A program made the position numbers and the translations under genes. A stretch of DNA of 32,000 nucleotides from an uncultured archaeon (GTDB lineage: Archaea > Iainarchaeota > Iainarchaeia > Iainarchaeales > CSSED10-239): positions 7,721 through 39,720 of the forward strand of contig CAZCAP010000005.1 of assembly GCA_964496765.1 (NCBI GenBank), read 5' to 3'. The notes below the pieces were generated by a model. That model was not told the DNA's origin and ran no database searches. It saw only the letters and a program-made list of their open reading frames with translations. Positions 26,495 to 32,000 of this stretch are shown here, one piece after another (the stretch's first letter is position 1; every line of letters begins with the position of its first letter).

Positions 26495-27805
26495 CTAAGG
26501 CTTATATCTCACCATTGTTCTTGGGAAAGGAATTGCATCCTTAATTGATTCTGCTCCTATGATATAAGAAATTAATCTCTCAACTCCCATTCCAAATCCA
26601 GAATGTGGAACTGAACCATATCTTCTTGTATCTAAATAAAACTCATAGTGCTCTATCTTCTCACCCTGTGCTAAAAGCTTTTCTTTTAGTTTTTCTAGAG
26701 ATGGTTCCCTCTCGCTTGCTCCAATTATCTCACCATATCCTTCAGGGCCTATACAATCAAATCCAAGAACAACTCTTGGATCTTCAGGATCTTCCTTCAT
26801 GTAAAATGCTTTTACTTCTTTTGGATATCTACTTATAAGTAAGAAAGTATCATACATCTTTGATAACTTATCCTCTTCAATTGTTCTTAAATCCTTACCC
26901 CATTCAACTTCCATTCCTTCTTTTTCTTTTAATATTTGTAATGCATCAGAATAGGTCATTCTAACAAATGGTTTTGAGATTGCAGTTTCTAATTTCTTTA
27001 TATCTCTTTTTAGAATCTCAAGTTCTTCTCTATGTTTTTCAAGAACTCTTTTAATCACATGCTTAAGAAGTCCTTCACCATAATCCTGAAGCTCATCAAA
27101 ATCAATCCAAGCTCCTTCCATTTCTGCATGCCAATATTCTGTTAAATGACGAGAGGTTTTTGATTTTTCTGCTCTAAAGGATGGAGCAATTGTATATATC
27201 TTTCCTAATGCAAAGATTGCTGGCTCAGCGTACAATTGCCAGGTCTGTGCTAGGAACACTCCTTTCTTTTCAAAATAGGGAACCTCAAATAAGGTTGATC
27301 CACCTTCACATTGAACTGATTGAAGAATTGGAGATTGATATTCATAGAAGTCCTTACTTCTAAAATATTCATGAATTGCTCCAAAGATGGTTGATCTTAT
27401 TTTAAGAATCGCACTCATCTTTCTTGATCTTAGCCAAAGATGTCTAACATCTAAAAGGAATTCTTCAGAAAAGTCTTTAGAGATTGGATAGGTTTCTGCA
27501 ATACTTACTATCTCTAAATCTTTTACTTTAAGTTCATAGCCACCAGGTGCTCTATCATCCTTTTTAAGTTCACCCTCAACAGAGAAAAAAGATTCAATGG
27601 TTAATTTCTTTGCATCTTGAAATACTTCTGGTTTAACCTTATCCTCTGACACAACAACCTGAATAATTCCAGTTTCATCTCTGATTGTTATGAACACATC
27701 TGTTTTTTGATCACGAAGACGATACACCCATCCTCTTAGATGAGCTACACCTTCACCTTTCTTAATTGCTTCTTTAATAGAAACAAATTTAATTTTTTCT
27801 TCCAT
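26495..27805 (-). CDS. asnS: Asparaginyl-tRNA synthetase
   Basis: 436 aa; N-terminal OB fold AHLRGWVYRLRDQKTDVFITIRDETGIIQVVV, class II motifs including SPILQSVQCEGGSTLFEVPYF and PHSGFGMGVERLISYI. Confidence 0.93.
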   Translation of the reverse strand: MEEKIKFVSIKEAIKKGEGVAHLRGWVYRLRDQKTDVFITIRDETGIIQVVVSEDKVKPEVFQDAKKLTIESFFSVEGELKKDDRAPGGYELKVKDLEIVSIAETYPISKDFSEEFLLDVRHLWLRSRKMSAILKIRSTIFGAIHEYFRSKDFYEYQSPILQSVQCEGGSTLFEVPYFEKKGVFLAQTWQLYAEPAIFALGKIYTIAPSFRAEKSKTSRHLTEYWHAEMEGAWIDFDELQDYGEGLLKHVIKRVLEKHREELEILKRDIKKLETAISKPFVRMTYSDALQILKEKEGMEVEWGKDLRTIEEDKLSKMYDTFLLISRYPKEVKAFYMKEDPEDPRVVLGFDCIGPEGYGEIIGASEREPSLEKLKEKLLAQGEKIEHYEFYLDTRRYGSVPHSGFGMGVERLISYIIGAESIKDAIPFPRTMVRYKP

Positions 27806-28079
27806 AATTAATTTCTCCTTAAGTTTATATATAATAATTGATTTTATAAAACTATTTAGTCTAACAGCTCCTTTGAGTTTATAGACCTATGAATAAATAA
27901 AAGTAGTTTGGCCTAGGGGCCATTAAAGTTTTCTATTGATGTTTCAAAAATTATTTTAACATCAGATTTTAATAATATAGTTTTGTATATCATAAATAAG
28001 ATTAATGATGAGTAATGTTTATAAATAGTTGGGATTGATTAAGATATATTTTATATATTTATAAGATAAGAAAATTAAA

Positions 28080-28109
28080 ATAATTAGATTTTATTTAAAA
28101 TCTAATTAT
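28080..28109 (-). terminator. Perfect 14-bp inverted repeat, candidate terminator
   Basis: ATAATTAGATTTTA-TT-TAAAATCTAATTAT; on the minus strand it follows/overlaps the stop codon at 28106-28108 and is followed by T-rich TTTAATTTTCTT. Confidence 0.6.
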
Positions 28110-28690
28110 GAATTTATAATTGCACGATGTAGATTGTCAAATCTCCTTTTTAAACTCTGTTTCACTTCATTTACACCCTCATCAATCATATTTAATTTAT
28201 TTGCTGACTTTGGGGTTTGATAAAGTGTTCGTTTATAAGACATTATTTCGGAAGTATATTCTTTTAAAATTTTAAAAAAATAATTATACTCTGATTTGCT
28301 TTTCGCAGTATTCATCCCTACAACCAAATGCTCAAAAATTTGTAAGTTACCATCTATATATTTCTGCATATGATCTATTTGATAAGACTTAACTACAGTA
28401 TTACTTACCCTTTCCCATCCAGAGATTTTTGCGACATTTTTTAAAAAATCTTCAACAAGTATATAATTAGTAAAAACTTTTTTTATATCACCTACAGGGA
28501 TATTTTTTGCATTATGTCTAAGAAACGACAAACCACGTGGAATTGCTCCATTGGTAACTGTTTTTAGATGTTCTTTTATTCTTTTTACATCTTCAATCTT
28601 TGCTTTGTGAGCATCTGATTGTTTTACTTCTCGTTCGAGAGTCAATCTTGATTTTAAATCAATCTTTTTACTTGGTCTTATCTTCCCCAT
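28106..28690 (-). CDS. Hypothetical helical protein (194 aa)
   Basis: Start moved from the track value 28726 to MGKIRPSKK at 28690 because of the GAGGTG SD-like sequence just upstream; no recognised motif. Confidence 0.7.
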   Translation of the reverse strand: MGKIRPSKKIDLKSRLTLEREVKQSDAHKAKIEDVKRIKEHLKTVTNGAIPRGLSFLRHNAKNIPVGDIKKVFTNYILVEDFLKNVAKISGWERVSNTVVKSYQIDHMQKYIDGNLQIFEHLVVGMNTAKSKSEYNYFFKILKEYTSEIMSYKRTLYQTPKSANKLNMIDEGVNEVKQSLKRRFDNLHRAIINS

Positions 28691-28744
28691 AGCAACACCT
28701 CTAATCAATATATATATGAAATACACAAAGATTTAAAAAAGAAA

Positions 28745-31636
28745 CTAGAAAGAGAAAGAAATTTCTTTCTCTATTAATTTTTGTGTGTTATCTTTAATTG
28801 CTCCATGATCAAGAACATCTAGGGTTGTGCTTGTTGCATCCTCTATCTTTTCCTTATTTCTTATTAGGAATTCCTTATCATCAGAAGAAATCTTCAGAGT
28901 CACTTTATCCTTTGGATTAAGATTCATTTTCTTTCTTGCATCTTGAATTGCTCTTGTAAGCTCACTTCTTTCCCATTCATCATTGTAGGTATCTGGAATA
29001 TCTTGATCTAAATAAACAACAAGATCATCATTTATTTCTTTGGATAGGAAATTACCTTTTGGATCATTCTTAACAAGCTCAATCCTTTCAACATTAATCA
29101 TATCCTCCATAATCGGAATGAAATAAATTAATTTTGAAATGTTGCTTGTTTTAATTACAACTCTTGGAAGAACCCATCTTAATCTTTTTTTACTTTCCTC
29201 TCTCAATGATAATGAAGTTGCAATCACATTCTGAGAAAGATTAAAATTGTCTTCTAGATTCTTGCTTATTAAATCCATGTTTGCTAATGGAAGAGAAAGA
29301 AGATGTATTGATTTCTCTTTCCTGTTTTCAAACTTTTGATAAAGATATTCTGTGAAATGTGGTGCAATTGGTGAAAGCATTAGAACAATTGATGAAATAC
29401 AATAACTTAAAACATTATTTTTTTCTTCTCTTTTTCTCAGAAGTTTGATGTAAACTCTACTTAGGTCCTCAAGAACAAACTTCTCTATATCTCCAACCAC
29501 ACGCGAATACTCTGTATTTTCATAGGCCTTGTGGGAATTATCTAAAACATTGTTCAATCTTGAAAGTATCCATTGATCTTCAATAGTTAGATTTTCTTTT
29601 TCTGGATTAAGCTCTGTTATAAAATTTATTTTATCATTATATAGTTTCAGGAAGTTTATTGTGTTATCAAGTAGATTAAATATTCTCTTAATATCTTTGA
29701 ACTTTTTTTCATCAACAACTAAATCAGTTCCAATATATTCTTTTGCAAAATAATACCTGAAATAATCAATTGAATAGAGATTAAACCATTCTTCAAGTGG
29801 TTTATCATTTCCTTCTGATTTAGATAGCTTACGCTTTGAAACATCCAGAACCATTCCATGTAAAGAGATGTGCTTAAATGGTGCTCTATTGAATGCTATG
29901 GTTGAACAAATTAACTGTGAGTTCCACCATCCTCTTATTTGATCGCTTCCTTCAAAGTTGATGTCTGGAGGCCAGTATTGATTGAACTTATCTTTATTTT
30001 CTGGATATCCAAGAGATGCCCAGGATGCAATTCCAGAATCAAACCAAACATCAAATATTTCTGGAACTCTTTTTACTTCTCCACCACATGAACATTTGTA
30101 AGTTATGTTATCAATGTATGGTTTATGAATATCCATTCCTAAATCAAGAGCTGGAAACTTTTCTTTTAATTCTTTTAATGAACCAAATACTTCTATTTTT
30201 TCACAGGTTTCACATTTCCAGATCGGGATTGGAATACCCCAATATCTTGCTCTTGAGATTGGCCAATCAGAGATTGAGTTTAACCAATCATTGAATCTAT
30301 CCTTTGCCCAGGTTGGATACCAGGACACTTCTTTTTCGTTTATTTCCTTTAATCTTTCTCTTAGTTCTTCTGTTTTTAGGAACCACTGAGGAAGAGCAAC
30401 CTGAAGAAGAGGTGAATGACATCTCCAGCAAACAGGATATGCATGTTTAACTTTTCTTTTTCCAAGAATGTTTCCTTTTTCTTGTAAATAATTAATTATG
30501 AAAGGATCAAGCTCTTTAACTTTTTCGTTCTTATGAGATGGAATTGTTTCATCATAGACTCCAGAAATGGTTACTGGACAATAGGCAGGTATATTGTTTT
30601 CATGACCAACTGCATAGTCTTCCTTACCATGCCCAGGAGCACAATGAACTAAACCTGTTCCTTCTTCTAGATGAACAAATCTTGGGCTTGAAATTATTTT
30701 ATAACTTCTTTCTTTATAATCATCAGGAATGTTTATCCATTCTTCTAGAAGTGGTTTATATCTTCTACCAACAAGATCACTACCTTTATGTTCTTCTCCT
30801 AGTAAATAATCATCCTTCCAATTAAGCTCATTAATTATTTTATCAACTAAATCCTTTGCAACAATATATTTTTTTCCTGAATGTATCAATTCAACATAGG
30901 TATAGGATGGATTAATCATGATTCCCATATTTGCTGGAAGAGTCCATGGGGTTGTTGTCCAAATCACATAATAGAGATTAGGGTTGTCAATTGATTGAAT
31001 CCCAACATAGATTGAAGTGTCAGTTAATTCCTGGTGCTCAATCTCATTAAAAGAGACTGATGTTTCACAGGAAGGGCAAACATGAACAGGATACTTACCA
31101 TGATAGAGCATTCCTTTATCAACAGCTTTTTTAAAAGTCCACCAACCAGTTTCCATGTATTTTTTATCAAGAGTTCTGTAGGGATGCTTCCAATCCATCC
31201 ATTGCCCTAGGTTTTCTATTTCTCTTGACATGTCATCAATGTGCTCGGTTGCAAATTTCTTACACTCAGTTATAAATTTTTCAATACCAAATTTTTCAAT
31301 ATCTTCCTTTGATTTTAATGAATACTTAAGCTGTACCTTTCTTTCAATTGGAACACCATGAGTATCAAACCCAGGAGTATCAAGAACCTTGTAACCCATT
31401 TGTCTATGATATCTTATGACAACATCTTTCATAACCCTGTTAAAGGTTGTTCCAATATGTATGCTTCCTGATGCATAGGGAGGTCCATCAATAAAATAAT
31501 AATGTTTTTTTGATTCTTTGGTTCTTACTTTTTCAGGAATATTTTCTCTAATCCAAAGTTTCTTAATTTCCTTTTCTGTAGCATATGAATATTGTACATT
31601 CTCTTTGTTTGTGGATTCATTTTCTTTTGGTACCAT
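28745..31636 (-). CDS. ileS: Isoleucyl-tRNA synthetase
   Basis: 963 aa; FIDGPPYASGSIHIGTTFNRVMKDVVIRYHRQMGYKV, GFDTHGVPIE, WWNSQLICSTIAFNRAPFKHISLHGMVLD and KLSKSEGN. Confidence 0.97.
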   Translation of the reverse strand: MVPKENESTNKENVQYSYATEKEIKKLWIRENIPEKVRTKESKKHYYFIDGPPYASGSIHIGTTFNRVMKDVVIRYHRQMGYKVLDTPGFDTHGVPIERKVQLKYSLKSKEDIEKFGIEKFITECKKFATEHIDDMSREIENLGQWMDWKHPYRTLDKKYMETGWWTFKKAVDKGMLYHGKYPVHVCPSCETSVSFNEIEHQELTDTSIYVGIQSIDNPNLYYVIWTTTPWTLPANMGIMINPSYTYVELIHSGKKYIVAKDLVDKIINELNWKDDYLLGEEHKGSDLVGRRYKPLLEEWINIPDDYKERSYKIISSPRFVHLEEGTGLVHCAPGHGKEDYAVGHENNIPAYCPVTISGVYDETIPSHKNEKVKELDPFIINYLQEKGNILGKRKVKHAYPVCWRCHSPLLQVALPQWFLKTEELRERLKEINEKEVSWYPTWAKDRFNDWLNSISDWPISRARYWGIPIPIWKCETCEKIEVFGSLKELKEKFPALDLGMDIHKPYIDNITYKCSCGGEVKRVPEIFDVWFDSGIASWASLGYPENKDKFNQYWPPDINFEGSDQIRGWWNSQLICSTIAFNRAPFKHISLHGMVLDVSKRKLSKSEGNDKPLEEWFNLYSIDYFRYYFAKEYIGTDLVVDEKKFKDIKRIFNLLDNTINFLKLYNDKINFITELNPEKENLTIEDQWILSRLNNVLDNSHKAYENTEYSRVVGDIEKFVLEDLSRVYIKLLRKREEKNNVLSYCISSIVLMLSPIAPHFTEYLYQKFENRKEKSIHLLSLPLANMDLISKNLEDNFNLSQNVIATSLSLREESKKRLRWVLPRVVIKTSNISKLIYFIPIMEDMINVERIELVKNDPKGNFLSKEINDDLVVYLDQDIPDTYNDEWERSELTRAIQDARKKMNLNPKDKVTLKISSDDKEFLIRNKEKIEDATSTTLDVLDHGAIKDNTQKLIEKEISFSF

Positions 31637-31709
31637 TCTTTATTCCCCCAAGATTTTAAATTTTGTTTTCTTTTTATCTGGACCTATAAATCTTCTTTGA
31701 AAAACTCTT

Positions 31710-31749
31710 TTGTAGCAAATAATTCTTGATATAAGAATTATGGCTACAA
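31710..31749 (-). promoter_or_regulatory. Extended hairpin upstream of ileS
   Basis: TTGTAGC-AA-ATAATTCTT-GATAT-AAGAATTAT-G-GCTACAA: 7 bp + 9 bp of complementarity separated by a 2x1 internal loop; 74 nt upstream of the ileS ATG. Confidence 0.5.
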
Positions 31750-31948
31750 TTATATAATTATAATTGATATAATAGAAATGGATGTTATAGTGCTTACACT
31801 AATCTTATTTAAAAATAAATTAGATTTATTTGTTTGCTTCATATTTAATCAAAGATTTCGTGTTCTTATAAATATATATAACTAAATAGGTTTAAAAAAG
31901 TAGTGGGAAAGAGACTGTTGGGCGTCAACCTACCGAAACCGGTTGAAG

Positions 31949-32000
31949 TGGGAATGGCAGGATTCGAACCTGCGACCCTTGGTGTATAAGACCAATGCTC
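31949..32000 (-). tRNA. tRNA-Ile (anticodon TAT), 5' part outside window
   Basis: Visible: anticodon arm TTGGT-CTTATAC-ACCAA, T arm GCAGG-TTCGAAT-CCTGC, 3' acceptor CATTCCC + A73; gene truncated by the window edge. Confidence 0.88.

Noticed and set aside
28005-28011. C-box-like ATGATGA suggesting a C/D box sRNA
   Set aside because: No appropriately spaced CUGA D box or C'/D' pair found nearby.
29990-31700. ORFs overlapping ileS (30016-30294, 30538-30825, 31518-31700)
   Set aside because: Overlap a complete, motif-rich ileS frame; low-quality composition.
31922-31946. CAACC/GGTTG and ACCG/CGGT mini-hairpin just downstream of the partial tRNA-Ile
   Set aside because: Short, competing pairings; may be only a tRNA trailer element. 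No independent support.
1-32000. CRISPR arrays, transposases, integrases, rRNA genes
   Set aside because: No regularly spaced repeats, no transposase/integrase-like ORFs and no rRNA-like segment were identified.

Overview
This is an AT-rich, gene-dense archaeal window, most likely from a DPANN-type archaeon (inferred from reduced and divergent archaeal proteins). Most of it is on the minus strand. Core content: a ribosome/protein-targeting cluster (srp54, ftsY, prefoldin alpha, aIF6, L31e, L39e, S19e), RNase P Rpr2/Rpp21, archaeal DnaG, Hjc, Pth2, Kae1, cysS, asnS, ileS, a Tgt and an A24 prepilin peptidase. There are four complete tRNAs (Gly-GCC, Leu-AAG, Val-TAC, Asn-GTT) and one partial (Ile-TAT). 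Accessory content: three toxin-antitoxin-like pairs (HicB/HicA, AbiEii/AbiEi-like in reversed order, PIN/UPF0175-like), a secreted transglutaminase-like protein, an SdpI-like membrane protein, a large secreted protein with a lysozyme/SLT-like C-terminus, and a divergent class I isoprenoid-synthase-like protein. The most notable leads are: (1) a four-gene microprotein cassette at 3991-4795, mostly absent from the ORF track, with two paralogous ~51-aa proteins ending in LL[KR]KYYKK; (2) an apparent peptidoglycan-lyase-like secreted protein in an archaeon; (3) similar inverted repeats (CAAAAG-N15/16-CTTTTG plus flanks) around the predicted TATA boxes of two unrelated TA pairs; (4) unusual decoding features: tRNA-Leu(AAG), tRNA-Ile(UAU) and a bacterial/queuine-type Tgt; (5) a strong hairpin upstream of ileS. 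No CRISPR array or transposon was seen. All assignments are from reading the sequence; no database search was run.
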